DNA of 64,000 nt from Raillietiella orientalis (lineage: Eukaryota), in NCBI GenBank assembly GCA_036172245.1, contig JAYWIR010000012.1, forward strand, positions 1,116,001 to 1,180,000, given 5' to 3'. The notes under the pieces are model-generated. The model was not told the origin of the DNA. It ran no database searches and saw only the letters and a list, made by a program, of their open reading frames with translations. Below are positions 34,075 to 47,710 of this stretch, in pieces. Each line of letters opens with the position of its first letter. Position 1 is the first letter of the stretch. The position numbers and the translations under genes were made by a program.

Positions 34075-34900
34075 CCTCAGGTTCTCCAAGTACTCAAAGA
34101 GCCACTTGCCTCCTTAGCAGGGGAGGGACTCACTAAACACTCTTTAACGCTGTCCATCGCACCCGAGGGTGCGTTTGACTCTTCAAGTTAGGAGTTGATT
34201 CCGGAGGGACCACCCTATGAGTCCAGGAAGACTCCGGAGGAAAGAGTCTGTTCCACCGGGAACCTCAAAGTTTCTCTCCGGACGGACGCTCCGGTTTGTG
34301 AGTGTATTCCCGATTTCTTATCCACGGGAATCCTGGAAAGGCTTTGTTCTTGAAATTTCTTCACCGGAGGGAACCACTCCTTGCTGCTCCTCTGAAGAGA
34401 ACCCCCAAGGGACTCTCCCTAATTTTTTCTGTGGGGTGCTCCCCGAAGGAAGCAGAGAGCTTCTGATACTCTTGAGAGGGCGTATCAATCAGCTCCATGG
34501 AACGCGAAGAAGGCCTCCAGCCCCAAGAGAAAGACGGCTTCATTTTCACAACCGAAGGGAACCCAGAAGGGATCCTTGATACCTGGAAGGAATTCCACCA
34601 GTGCTGCACCCTAATATGCCAACCTACCGTGGAGACTTGAAACCCAGACGCAACCCCCGTTCTCGGCGTCGATCCTACCCCGGGTGGAGTTCGAGACAGC
34701 AGAGCTTGGTGCCACGCGCGGAGGCTGCAGCCAGACGGTTGCCAACGCGCGCCAATGATGAGCTTTCATCCGCGATTTCCGCGGCGCAGCACTGGAGCAG
34801 AGAATGCGGAGGGGGTTTGAAACGAGGGGATCCTTCGAGTGGAAAGTGCGCAAACATCAAAGCTGCGCTCGGTTTTACCTGACTCGACCCGGTGAACACG
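34075..34900 (-). mobile_element. LINE family A copy 4 (3' end)
   Basis: Colinear with the other A copies (ccggagggaccaccctatgaRtcc, cagctccatggaa, acaaccgRagg). Confidence 0.75.
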
Positions 34901-35699
34901 TGACGCCGGTTTGTGTCTTTGGTGTCGACAGCGGTCTCTTCACGTGCTCGAGTTACGGAGCGCCAGGTGGTGAGCTGGCAAAAGGGTTGCAAGGAGAACG
35001 CAGATCAGCCGGGCTTTCAGATTTTCATGCTTGTGTTGACTGCACCCAAGGAAGATGCCGTTACTGGCTTCCCGAAAAGGGACGGAGAGTACTTCAGTCC
35101 CATACCGAAATGATTTCCCATTTCCGTTCCTGTCTTTGCCGGTAACCGTCTTCGCCATCCCGACTCGCACGGCTTTTCTGGAAGTTCGCTTTTCCCAAGC
35201 ATTGCCGCTCCCGCGATGCCATAGTTTTCCGGGAGGGGGGGAAGGAAAAATTTGCAAAGCTCAGGAGACCTCCCGACGTGCGTTACCGGATCAAATTTGC
35301 CTGCTGTGAGTTCAAGGTCATTCCGAACCACCGGGAGGAACACTTAACCGCGCAACAGCTGCGTCTTGGCGATAAATTTTCGGAGGCATCCCGGGATCCC
35401 TTCAAACGGGAATAACTCACGGTAACTGGAAACCGAAGCTCAAGAGCAAAAGCAGGAAGAATGCTCCCCTCCCTACGTGGAGATCGGGATGCTGGGTTCT
35501 GGGTGGAAACTCTCAGGGGTTTCTAGCCGCTAACACGAGGAGCCATTGGCGATCACCTCACCTCACGCCAGTGCTCCGTTTGGTCCTCAGCGTTTCGAGA
35601 AACTGCCCTTCCTCTTCCCGAGTTAACGGTACACTTCTGTCTAATTAAAAGCACTTCCATTTTTCCGGTGCTTCTAACGAGTGGATTTACTGCCATGGG

Positions 35700-37260
35700 A
35701 TGCGCAAATAAAACATCTCATTTGAGAGAAGATTCGACCGAGATTCATTGTTCCCCGTTCGATATTGCGAGTGCTCCATCTCTGATTCGAATATCTGATA
35801 AAGGACTTTTCGTCTCGTTCCGAAGATGTGTCAGACGATGTAATATTTGCAGGAGCCGTTCTGTTCAAGAAAGACGCCCATGCAGTTCCATAGTAATTTC
35901 ATCTCCGCCTTTAGGCAGGGACTTTATAGCAATCTGGAACGCTCTCCTAGGTTCGATTCCGGTGTCTCCTGAAGGCGGTCAGGAAGAGCGCAAGTGGGGA
36001 GGATTTTTCTTTGACAGCAGAATCGACGGGAAACCGCGTCGCAGGAGAAACGACGGCTACAAGTTGGGCGTCGTCACTATTATATCGCATTGACTGTGGT
36101 GAATTTTCGGAGGACACCTTGCTTGGGAGACTGCAGCAGGTGGAAGACGAACCTGTTCTCTTGTCTGGTTCCCCTTCCATGTTGATCCTGCTGGAATCAA
36201 CCGAGTTTATTTGAATGGAGCCCCCGCAGGAGATCCTGGACACGTAAGAGAACTGTGCATCGGCGGTGGTCAAGGATCTACAAGCTGACCACGCCGCCCA
36301 GAACAGAAGGGAGCTCACCACCTGCGGCAGAGGAAACCAGAGCGTTCCGAGAAGGAATGCAGCAGCGGAGGATCATTTTTATTGGACCGCTGATGACGCA
36401 ATGCACAGTCGAGAGGAACCGTCAATTTTCTGGAAGGCTGAGAACCAAAGATGATGAAAGACCGTGCATTATTCTGGGGTCGGAATGGAGATGCATTTCA
36501 CGTCGCTTTGAGCGATGGTCGCGTTTGATTCACTTGCGTTCATGTGAAGAGGCGGGAAGGTATCCGAGCGGCTCAAGAACGTAATCCGACCGGATTTTTT
36601 CCTGGTCCCTGCACCCACGTTGCTGGCGCACCGAGCGATGCTCCATAAATTCCCGTCCAGGTGGGATCCGCGGCTCCGGCCACATCAAACAAAATGAATC
36701 ACTCTGCCTCACTACCTGAGTTGATCCTGTGATTATGCACTCTCGTTCTTGCGCCGCAACCATAAATCATGATCCGGCAGCCATGTCCTATCTTACAGCA
36801 GCGGCTATCAGTAATGCACACGACAGCGTTATTAATTACAGCACAGATTAAATCACATGCTGTGCTCTTGGTCTCCGGAGCATTTAGCATGTCAAGGGTA
36901 CATTCCTCTGACAAAACAATGGAATCTCCCAGGTCTGTCCGGTGACTTTCACTGGGGAGGGAGACCTCTTCCCTCAGAGCCGAAGCAGAGATTGTCGACG
37001 TCTTCGTGTGTGCGTGCGTTTCCTTTCCTCCACAACTGATAATTGATGAATTTCCACCCGTGGAGGAGCCGGAGGAAAAAGTATATACACCGTGCTGTTT
37101 GATTGATCTTCTGCAGGAGTTCTGGTGGCTCTTGCGTTTGCGAAACCGCCGCAAGCCCTCCTCGTTTTCGTCGGAGGCGTGCGTGTGCCACCGGCAGTTG
37201 GGATCCGAGTGGATCCAGGATCAAAAGAGAACCGTCTCCAGAGAACTCTTGGCCTGGAAA
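35700..37260 (+). mobile_element. Ty3/gypsy integrase remnant, possibly with C-terminal chromodomain
   Basis: Motifs EIHCSP...RRCVRRCNIC (HHCC finger), GSIPVSPEG (~GPLPxSxG) and TATSWASSLLYRI (~TAxxVAxxLxxxI). A weak chromo-like segment, EEKVYTP..LID...EWIQ..RELL, lies at 37070-37260. Confidence 0.5.
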
Positions 37261-37944
37261 AAATAAATAAATAAAATAAAAGCACTCCTCAATCGCACCC
37301 GCTCTTTCGCGCGCGTCCCGTGATGTATGGGCTTCGTCCTCAACGCATACAAAAATGGACAGCATACCAGAGTGCTGTCATAAAGTGCAGTTCATCATCT
37401 CCTTAATAGATCGATCCGGACGCCAGCATCCGCATACGTGGAATCCGAAGGCGTGCCGGTCGAAGGCGAGCCGATTCGCTACCATCTGCGTATCGGATGC
37501 ATTCCGCGCCTCGGATCCCGTTGCCATCGCTCTCCACGCAAGCACCGAGACGCCCTTCCCTCTTTCCAGAGCTCAAAGATCACGTGCTTCACCTCGGCGA
37601 GATCAATTTCTGCCAATTTGGGAATTGCCGGCTCCAACCTGATGACCTCCTCGGGAGGCGGACGATCTGCATATCTGCCTCCTTCAAGATTCAATCACGA
37701 CTTCCCTCCGACGTCCCCGTATGCTCTTGCGAGGCGCTGACTCGCGAAATGCACGGGGAAGGACGAGTGCCTTGAAGGATCGATGCCTTTTTATATTTCT
37801 TCTTTTCTTTTCCTTCTTTTTTTTGTTTTTTGCAGCGAGCACTTCGGGCCGACTTCCCTCCGCTGTGAGCACACGAACTCACAAAACCCCGAGCCTTTAG
37901 GTCAAAGTGATTGTGGGCTGAATCGGACGCCCTTCTTAGAATCC

Positions 37945-38800
37945 CCCTCTTTTTTTTTGGTTTGCCAAGTACTAAAGAACCGTTTGCATCCTTAGCGGGG
38001 ACTCGCGAAGCCTCTTAACACCCTGTCCGCACCATTAGAGGGTGGGTGTGACCCTTTAGTTAAGGGACAGCCCCGGAGGGACCACCCTATGAATCCTGGA
38101 GAGCTCCGGAGGAAGGAGTCCATTCCTCTCTTACGCTTGGTAGGGGAACCCCAAAGGCAACCCCAGCCCTGGTTGTCTTCGAAGGGAGTCCCGAAGAGAA
38201 CCTTATTCTCTCCGGAGGGACCGACCAACCGGAAGAATTATCATCTTCATCTCTTTTCCGAAAAGAACCCGGAAAGGATCCGCTCTTTGCATCCTCCTCT
38301 AAAGAGAACCTCGAAAGGACGTTTCTTATTGTCTCTGAAGGGAGAGGTGCACTTGACACTCTGGAGAGGCAACTCCCCGAAGGTATATCAGCCAGCTCCA
38401 TGGAATGCGATGAAGGATCTCCTCCGAGGGAAGAGGTGGCTCTATTCTCACAATCGGAAAGGAACCTCGAAAGGCTCCTTGATGTCCTGAAAGGGACCGC
38501 GTAGGGCCAACTTCCTATCCCAAACCAGTCAACTGGGACATCTAGGGTATTTTTTACTTCCACCATGGCTGTATCAGACTAAGACCAACCAGCATCATTC
38601 CACCGGAGAGATTCGAAACCCACGAGACACATGTTCCTGGGAATCGGTCCTTCTTCTGGTGGGATTCCAGCCCGCGACTCTTTGCACTACCTGCGGAAAC
38701 CATCAAAATTCATTCAGGCTCATCAAAATCCCGTCATTTTACCGCGAGTGGATCTGCGCCGCTTGCGGAGGGTCACCACTACTTATCCTGGCGCATCAGT
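37945..38800 (-). mobile_element. LINE family A copy 5 (3' end)
   Basis: T-tract at 37950, then gccaagtactaaagaaccg. It is colinear with the other A copies through gaccaaccagcatcat. Confidence 0.8.
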
Positions 38801-39149
38801 AGGATCGAACGTTTCCTCCGGCCGATCTCCAATCTGAAGATCGCTTGGGCAGGTTCGTTGTAAAAATGGAACTCACTTTCCGGCGCTTTTTTGCATCAAA
38901 GGGTTCATCGGCAATTGACGCAGGCGAAGAGCTCCTTTCTCCTGACCTTGGAACGAGAAGTTTCTTCCCCTCAAGATGCAATTAACCACTGGTCTGTCAG
39001 ATACTTGCACTCACTCTTTTACGCCTTCACCGAAAAGTTGAGGTGTGGAGACGCCGGTTCCGTTGTCGTCCACGAAGCGATCTTCTTGGGACTTCAGTGG
39101 CCACAAATCAAACCAAATGCAAGGTTGTTTGCCACTGGTTCGGAAGGCC

Positions 39150-39850
39150 GGCTCTCCTGGGGAAAAAAACCGGGGAACGAAGCTCTGCATCGCTTTATGG
39201 TGATTGGTGCACCGTCGGGAAATGCCGAGGGATGCAGCTGGCACGCCCCACTGTTGTCCCTCTTCTCCGCTGAAGCTCTTAATGCGATCCCGGATTTGCC
39301 TTCGCATTCTGCCCTGTCTTCTGCTGCTCCCTCTGCAAAGTTCATCCAAATGCCACGTCTTTCCCGGAATGGATGGAGATGCTGAAGCATAAAAGCTATG
39401 AGGATTTTCGCTCATCCACTGGAAGTCCATTCTGTATGGATGGAATGGCCATTTCCTTCTCCAAGATACGATGCTGGATGACTCATTTGCTCCCATCACT
39501 TGGAAATCTGGAATGGAGGGAGACAGAAGATCAGTCTGTGGACGTGCTTTCTGGCAACATCCAGCACATGACGAGATGAAAAGTCTGCGTCAGAATTTCT
39601 TCATCTGAGCTCTCGCTCGTACAGTCCCGCCGAGAGCGAAGCGAAGTGGACTCTCACTGGCAATCCGAGCTGAACGTCCAATCGAAGATGAGCGAATCCT
39701 GAGCAGTCCAGAAAAATTCCTTCCCGTGAGCCGATCGACGCGACCCTGGAATGTTCTAGGGTATCTGAAGTCTGCAGCGAGAGGCAAAGCAAACTGCACT
39801 ACAGCTCCTCAAACGTCTCACGAAACTCAGATTCATATCGGCAGGGATGC
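39150..39850 (+). mobile_element. Ty1/copia RT C-terminus and RNase H remnant
   Basis: Motifs VGKCRGMQLARP (~VGSLxYxxxTRP), EDFRSSTGSPFCMDGMAISFSK (~DRRSTTGYVFxLxGxAISWxSK) and NP...EPIDA (~KHIDV). Confidence 0.55.
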
Positions 39851-40499
39851 CACTGGCGCCAGAGATTCATCTTCGAACCAAAGATCAAAACAACAAACGG
39901 TAGTTACTGATTCTTCACTGGAACCATTGCGCTGCGACGTCGAAAAACGTTTCTTCGGCCTCAATGCATACTGCATCGAGTAGATGCGGAGGAATATTCT
40001 GGAAGATCGCACCCGTAGGTATTCGGTTCAAGGGATGCGGAGTTCGAATGCGAACGGGACTCCATCCTGGTATCCAAAGTGCCTCGAGTAATCAACTGTA
40101 AACACCGGCTCATCTTCAAACAAAGCACGTTGCGTTTTCTCATCGAACTCTGTTTGATGATGAAATGAAAGTACAACGTGAACGCTCGGACCGCTTTTGC
40201 ATCTCCCGTGGGCTAAGGGAAGACCCCGCGTTTTCCCGCGGAACTGGTTTGTTTTTCAATCTTTTTTAAAAAAAAAGGAACCTTCGAGAAACGGGCAGGG
40301 TCACAGCCACATGTGTTTTCTTTAGTGGAGATGGGAATGCTGTGTGGCTAGCTATGTAGAGTTGCTCTGAGGGAAAAGAAAAAAAACTGATAGCTGAAAG
40401 CTCTGAACGTCAGTCAATTTGGGAGGGAAGGCGAGAGATCTTCAAGGAGATGCGCAGATGAGGTTTTTTCGATACGGCCCTCTCAAAGCCAGGGCTGGG

Positions 40500-41100
40500 T
40501 TCTCTTCCTCGGCAAGCACTCCTCTATGGCATTGGGCAAGTGAAGCTATGGACAAACACACTGGACCGCCTTGTTGTGAGCAACTGCTTCGAAAGGGTTA
40601 TCGCGATGAGAGGAGAAGACGTCCGCAAGCATGAAGCAGAAGGTCCTCAAGATAACTTTCCGAGATTTTGCTAAAACGATAACGTGATCGTATATGGGGA
40701 AAGCATCCCTTAATGTGTCTCGATAAGGTAGGATTCGGGATCTTGCTTTTCCAAAGTTTAGAGTCGACATTTTCCGGGACCATCACTGCTCCCAGAGAGC
40801 TATTCAATTAGTGAGGTTTGCCATCATGGGACTGGCGCTAAACGAGAGCATCACCATTTGGTATGCCGCTATGGCAAATCCTAGCATGTGAATGCACGGA
40901 GCCGAATTATGGAGATACGCAGCAAAGCCTCCCTAATCTGCGCAAAGAACTCAAGGGCTTGCACGGTACAGAGAGTGTCTGTCGCTGTGGTCTCATTAGA
41001 AAAATAGAGGGGAGACACAGAACAGCATCGTTTTAGTGTTCTAGAAAAGACCTTGGAGAGCCATATGGAGTCCCGACAGTCATGGACAAGAAGAGAAGAA
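40500..41100 (+). mobile_element. Ty1/copia GAG-pre-integrase and integrase remnant
   Basis: Motifs PLWHWA (~LWHxRLGH), CCEQLLRKG (~CxxCxxGK) and DRIWGKHP (~DVWGPxP). Confidence 0.4.
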
Positions 41101-41399
41101 TTTTTTCTTCGTTAGGGGCACTGGATCATTCTGCGGTCACACTACCTATCGATCGTGAAGAGCAGTGACTGTAGCAACCCGGATCGACCAAAAGAAAAAA
41201 TGAGAAAAAGATCATCTCTGCCATGATGGATCCATCACGAGAGATGAAGCCATCATTTCAGAATACCGGTGATCTCCATCAGTAGGGGGACCAGATCGAA
41301 TGGAAGGAGCTGCTGATTGGGAATACAGGGAAGGGTGGTGCTTGGAATGTGAGCTGTTCCGGAGTCCCAGATGAAAACACCCAAGCTCTCTCTCTTGCT

Positions 41400-42260
41400 T
41401 GCTTCTCCTTTTCGCACCGCCGCACCTTGGCTCGAAGTTAGCTCTGCCGAAGGAGGATGGACTCGAATGAGCCACAGAGTTCCGCCTGCAGCCTTAGGAA
41501 ATACATCCAATCGGGAGAATCAGAAACGGGAGCCCCATGGGCATGCTGGTCCACCAACACCTAGAACACCTTGCTGCCGTTTCGTGGGCAATAGAAGGTC
41601 CCCCACGAGGAAGAGCCAGTCCTTGTTGAGTGAGGTTGCGCTTCCTGGGAGAACGAGGCGAAGGTTCGGCTGTACTGCGCAGGGACCACTGCTACAAAGA
41701 GGAATCTAAAAAGAGGCATTTTTTAGCGACGGCGGGCCATTCGATCTGCTGTTCTTGGAGTCCGAGTTTTTCCGACAACCACTGAGCCAAAAAACACAAA
41801 AAAAAACGAAACTGATCGTCGAAAATCCTGGAAGTCATGCAGCAGGAAGATTCCAGGGAACGATCTTTTCCTATGGACTTCAGGAACGATTCGAGAAAGA
41901 ATAGTCCTCTTCGAGGCAATGACCAATGAATGTCAGTTGGCAATGTCAGTGCTGTGAGGGCAGAGTGATCGTTGCAGTCATCGTCCCTATCATCGATTTC
42001 TGTCGCTCATGCTCAAAAGGATGGCAGGAGAGCCATTCGAGTTGAGTGGATGGGATCTGGAGGAATTCTGGAAAATGATTTCGTTCCCTGGGCCGGCCAT
42101 TACAATGCAGATGCCCTACGTTCACCGTCTCCTGGCTTTTCGTATTAAAATTCAATCCCATTCGCTTCCTGCATCCCGATTTTTCAGTGGCTTCCAGGGT
42201 TTGCCTCCCTCCAGCGACGTGCCGCAAGTTCCCGCTGTTGAGGAATAGGAAGTTGGATAG
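41400..42260 (+). mobile_element. hAT transposase C-terminal remnant with dimerisation domain
   Basis: WDLEEFWK...MPYVHRLLAF...SHSLPASRFFSG matches DxLxFWK...PxLxxLA...SxxxERxFS. Weaker LLPF and FDLLF (~LDPRF) motifs lie upstream. Confidence 0.5.
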
Positions 42261-43099
42261 CAGGAGAGATTTGCGCAAAGGAAGGTCGAGATGTGCCCGG
42301 CTGCACGAGCTGGGGATCAGGAGCAATCCCGGGCCCGAACCCATGTCGGACATTCAGACTGGCTGTCCAACGGCCCGTGAATGGAGTCCTGGAGCTCCCT
42401 GGAGGGCGCTAAGTTGTCGCTGCTGCAGAGGCTTATCTCCAGGGCGTGTTCTACGCGGTGAAGGTCATCAAACGGGCCTCTGAACAGCCTCGGGCTGTTG
42501 TTTAATATCTGGTGGCCGGTATATTAAACAACCTCGGGCTGAGAAAGATCAGGGACTGTATCCCGGAGCTCGCGGGCCACATGAACGCTCTGGACGCCTG
42601 AAGGTTCCTGGAAGGGTTCGCGGTCGACGAGGAGGAAGGGTTGGTGGCGATGGTACCCGTAGAGGCGGATCCGGAGACGGAGTGGGCAAACGAAGTGGTC
42701 GGCGGCGAGCATCGGGAGGACAGCCTACGGGACTCGCGGAAGAAGAGCAAGTTGGCCGAGCAGGGGACATCGAAGGACACCTCCGACTGCGGGTCTCGGA
42801 ATGAGAACGGCCTCGAGGAGGAAGAGGACAGCAAGGTCAAGGAGCCTCTGATCGCTGCCGAGGTCTCTTCCAGGTGTGAGATGACTGAGTTCCTGCCCAC
42901 CAGGAGCATGATGGAAGGGGGTAAGATGCTCAACTAGGAGGGAGACACGGAGAACATGATCAGGAAGACCAGCTGCCTAAGGAAGGACAGGTTCTTCCTC
43001 GACGGGAACTCGACAGGATGAAAGTCGCGAGCGTCAGGAGGGAGCGGCTGACATGACCAAGGGCGTGCCGAAGCAGGTTGAGGTTCCAGCTGACCGGCC

Positions 43100-44130
43100 T
43101 GATCTCCATCTACGGGATAAAGGGTGGCTCAAAAGTGGTAGTCACAGAATATACAAACGTCTTTCGCTCGCGCTTTTCGTCGTGCGAAGAGGCACTGGGG
43201 ATCCTCGGAGTCGATATAGGCTACTGTCCATGAGCCACCTCAGACAGGAGGAGGTCCTGAAGCTGCTGAAGGGCCTCCTCCTCTCTGAGGTTGTGCTCGG
43301 GACCGGATTGAACATCGGCAGGAAGGTACTGGGGCTCTTGCTGGAGCGTGTGAGTGACTCATGTGGCAGGCACGTCCTTCGGGATAACTCAGGGACACCA
43401 TCAGAGCCTACAGGGCGAGGTCTGCAGTGGTCATGAAGACTGCGCTTCTCCGGAGCCACTCAGCCCGCCGGTACCGACCGGACAGTTTCTCCTCGCGTGC
43501 TGACTCGAGGTCGCACGGAGGAAATCCTCCAACGAGGTCCCCCGCGACCCACTGACCGACCCACTTGACGCGGAAGAACCGACTCGAAACAAAACGCAAA
43601 AATAATTGGAAGGGAGGAACAAGAGAAGCCTTGGAAGCTTCAGCGGCTGGTCGTCCCGTGAAGGGAGTACCCCACGTGTAGAGGAAGAACTGTCTGGAAC
43701 AACGTCCTTCTTCACGAATACGGAGCAACCCCCGAGTTCTTCTCAGTATTCATACTCAGTCACCGTACCGCAGAGTTTCTCCGGCTGTTATGGTCTATTC
43801 ATCCCTCTGAGGAAGAGGGAAAGTTCCCGAGAAAAACTAAGATTGAAGGAGCAGACGCATCCAGCAGCAGTGCAATCCTTGGATGGATTGGGAGTCATTG
43901 TTTCCGAGACGTGAAGGTCTTCTGATGGTGATGGTCCCGTCAACCCTGGACAACTCTTCCGTGGCACATGAGAGCAGAGCGTCCTCTGTTACGTCCAAGA
44001 GACCTTTCCTCGTTCCTGCTGACGATCAGGGAGCTGCGGGACTTTTGCGCGAGTCGAAAAGAGTTTCTCTGGAACCTCTGGGATGCTGCGTCGGGATTCT
44101 CTGGGGTATCACCTTTGAGATTCTCTCCCT
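43100..44130 (+). mobile_element. DIRS-like RT (and start of RNase H) remnant
   Basis: Motifs LFVVRRGTGDPRSRYRLL (~LFVVxKxxGxxR), SPRVLTR (~APRVFTK), PLDA (~YLDD) and DAASGFSG (~DASxxGxG). Confidence 0.45.
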
Positions 44131-45240
44131 GGGCGCTCGCTGGCTGTCCCGCGTTTGTGCTCGCGCGACCGCGGTTGCCGTCGAGGTTTTGTGGTCTCGC
44201 AGCGGGTTCGAAGGACGCTCAAGTTTGCAGGATGCTCACGACGCCTTGGACGAATGCGAAGCCGCCGTATGAGCCCGGTTTTCTCTTCCTGGAAGCACGG
44301 TTTTCGAAAACCATTGCTAAGATGAGAACCTCAGCGGAAAATGGGTTCCCTGGCTGCTCTGGGAGAGCGGGGCGTTCCTTTCCTCCGATTTGCTGTTTCG
44401 TTGGGTATTTTCCTGTAGTACTGTTCTTTTAGATTCTTGAGCCAGCATTCGAAAAACCAGGATTCGATGCGGGAACCCGCTCTTATAAATTCATGACTTC
44501 TGTCTGCAACCAATCCTGCCATCATATTCTTTGATGCTTTGCATGTGGTCTATTTCCTCCTCTCTCTCCCTCTCTCCCGAGAGTCTGCCGCCGCATCCCG
44601 TACTGTTTCGGAAGCTCATTAAAAAAACGGTATTAATGGACAAATATCGTTTGCCCGAGCTCTGGTTCTTTTGTCTGCTGCTTAGATTTCTCGTGATTGC
44701 TGTTGTCCGAGAACCAATCAGAGGGTGACTACGAGAATCCTTCCGTATTTTCTATTTCACTTACTACATCATGCTCTTTGTTTCACGGGGGGGAACGGGG
44801 GGGGGGGTTAATTCGCGCGAGGAAGATGACCCTAAGCAACGTGAGTTCTCTTCGGGGATACTAGGAAGACTCCGAACAGAACACACGTCCAGACGCATCT
44901 GAAAGAGCGTGCAGGTGCGAAAGAGATGAAAAAAAAAAGACGACTACGACGACGAAGAAGGCGTACTTGCAGCGATGCGGTTTCCATCCTCGATTTTAGG
45001 CGTAATTATCTAGCTGGTAGTTTCTGCGTGGGCGTGCCGTGCTCTGGGAGCCCCACCAAGGAGATGCATCGGACTGCACGCGCGCGAGTCGTGCCTTTGA
45101 ACGAGGCGCGAGAGGCACGCGTGGTTTCCGGTGCGTGGGGCCTTCGTGGCATTTGCGACGAGTAATGACACGTTCCTGCTTCGCTTATCGGAGGATTCTC
45201 ACCTCTTCCGAAGCTTCACGAAAAGAGGCAGCTGCGTGTG

Positions 45241-45860
45241 TTTTGCAGCCGGTCACGCCGGGACGTTTATTTAAGAATAAATAAATTACAAGTCAAGAAA
45301 AAAGGAAAAGAAACTAAGTTCGTGGCCCATTAGCTCGCAGGCCGGCTTTTAAGGGATTCGGAAGGGGGGGGGGGAGGGAAGAAGAACGAAGGGACAGGGG
45401 TCTTTGGTTTAACTGCTCCTTTCTTCCTGCAACTGGGGCTGAATACTGACGATCCCCATGGGGACTTTTCCTTGAAGGTCTTCGCAGCCATCACCCTAAA
45501 GGCGCCTGCCGTCCGGGTCGCGTCCCTTCGCTGTGAACGAGACCCGTCATAGAAAGAAGCAGCTGTGTACGCTGCCCTAAGTGCGTTTTCCTCCGCCTTT
45601 TTGTGAGAAGAGAACGTACTCGGAGCGGTTTTTCGTTTCCCGGAAGGTTTGGTCACGGGCCCGGTGGTCCCAGAGGAGGAAATGCGATTCTCGTCATCAG
45701 CATACCGGTGGCCATCTTGCAGGAAAGAAGGCTTGAGGATCTGGAAGCAAGCTGAGACATCGCTGCAAAGAGTCCACTGCTCCCATGCCACGTCACTTAC
45801 GAAAACCCTTCAAACCGGAGTCATTCTGTGGCAGCTGTCCGAATGAGAACAGCCTCGTGA
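45241..45860 (-). mobile_element. LINE 3' fragment (divergent subfamily sharing the family B terminus)
   Basis: Terminal motif aataaacgtcccggcgtgaccggctgcaaaa on the minus strand, preceded by an AT-rich tract. Upstream ORF 45330-45791 has only a weak zf-RVT/C-terminal-like pattern. Confidence 0.5.
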
Positions 45861-45867
45861 AGGTAGA

Positions 45868-47300
45868 GGATTCTCACCCGAGTGTGCCATCTTAATGAAA
45901 ATAAACATTTACAGAAGATTGTGGTTGGACTGATCCAAACACGTGCATTTTACCGGGAGTCTGCCGGGTTATCGGTTCACAGACCGGCGAGATCCACTAC
46001 AGCAGCAAAAGGAAAGGGACGAACATGAAAAAAGGAAAAAAAAAAATAAAAGTAAAGAAACTTTGGGGTGGATTGAAGTGCAGAGAGGGGTTACGTTCTG
46101 CTGGGGTGGTTCTCTGCGTCCTTTCGACAATGCCAGTAAGCTCTTGCTGCATACAGTCCTTCAGGTGGCACCATCTTGCTGCCATCCTCATGAATCGAGA
46201 GGCAAAGTGGATGGCACCTCTGTCACTGCGCCCTCCTCTTGCGTCGCTCCAGACAGAGACGCTCCCTCGTAGGCATCATAGGGCTGCAAGCGGGGCTGCC
46301 GGCCGAAGGACGTTGAGAACGAGGAAAGGTCCTAAAACGTCCCTGGAGTTGCCACTGGGGATTCTGAAGGTCGCAGTAAAGCGTTCCTAGAGGGGCAGGA
46401 AGGTAGCGCAATCCATAAGGAAGTGAGGGAAGGATTCATGCTCCTCGCATCTGACACAGTTAGGGTTCACAGACCCCGGTGTCCAGTGATTCCAGAGGGG
46501 ATTGCATGGATGACCCCAGTGCAGCAGTACCCACGTAGACTCCTGCCATTTCAATGGGAAGATGTGGGTGTTCAAAAGCATTGAAGGCCACTGCAGATCT
46601 TTCATCGGAATACCCAGTAGCAAGCGCTTAAGTGCAAAAGCTCTCGTGGAAGGGCAATGGGGTCGCAGCGTCCGTGAGCTGGTGCGTCGTCCACTCGCTT
46701 AGTCCTTTTTTCATTCTGGAGATCTGCACAGTGACTCCTCATCTAGCCGCAAGGCTGTCGCCCATAAGCGTTGCTTATAAGCGAAGGAAGGAGAAGTCAG
46801 GAGCCAAGGGTCCCTGCTCGATGCCGAAGTCCCTCAGGGTAACGGCGAATTATTTCCTGCCCTTCAGGAGGACGGTGGAGAGGAGCAGGATGCTCAACTG
46901 GGGAGCCGCACGGATCCCGAAGACCAGGGGCCTGAGGATGGACAAGTTAGAAAGCCGGAGTATTGGCCCCACTCTGATCCGGGGGGTGAAGGCATTTTTG
47001 TGGCATGCGAGGGCGCTTGGAAGGCGCGCGTCTGCGAAGGCGAATCGGTGAGCCACCTCCAGTGGTTCACGCCCCCCTTACGCACTCAAGCGCGGATAAC
47101 TGCAAACTTCGTGGGGGAGGGCAACACTGGCGCGGAGGACGTCCTCTGATGAATTGGAAGGGATACCGCCAATCTTTCCTAAGGAAGCTCACCGATCGGT
47201 CATCCATTCCAGAGCGCCCGTCTGAAGTGAGCGGCCACGTTGATCTGCCGACGTGGGGGAAACCCCGTTCAAGTTTCCCTCTCCGTGCGGCTGCTCTCAG
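45868..47300 (-). mobile_element. LINE family B copy 4 (3' part)
   Basis: Motif FPLKWQESTWVLLHWGHPCN...NPNCVRCEEHESFPHFLMDC (ORF 46387-46623), followed by the family B 3' UTR. Confidence 0.75.
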
Positions 47301-47399
47301 GACGCGCTCCTCGTATTCGAAAGTGAGCCGTCAAGCGGGACTGCCGGGAGCCGAATGCGCAGGAGTGTCCTTTGTCTCGCTGGAGGAGGTTTGGGAACC

Positions 47400-47710
47400 T
47401 TGTTAGCTCGAGGAGAAGATTTGCATGAATTTTGGACACGCCGAAATCACAAAAGCCGCTGGAAGCTGCATGACTCACTCTGTAATCAGTTCCATCTTGG
47501 GATTCAATTCCATCTCGTGGATTTGCTCAACGTATATAATCATCAGAGCCTTAATCTTCGAATCCTCATCTTTTTGTCTCTTCCCGTAATGCAGCGCCAT
47601 TCGTCGTGCTTTATTTACCCACCAAGCATCGGCCTTGGAGGCCTCATTGTATCATGATGAGCGATTGCGTGTATAAACACAGCGTATTGATCCCGCTGCT
47701 ACCAAAGGGT
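47400..47710 (-). mobile_element. Ty1/copia RT core remnant
   Basis: Motifs LCLYTQSLIMIQ (~VCxLxKSLYGLKQ), LMIIYVEQI (~LVYVDDI) and FCDFGVSK (~MxDLG). Confidence 0.5.

Noticed and set aside
44786..44807. G-run as a functional G-quadruplex
   Set aside because: It is an isolated homopolymer among many A/T/G runs and is likely slippage or sequencing-related.
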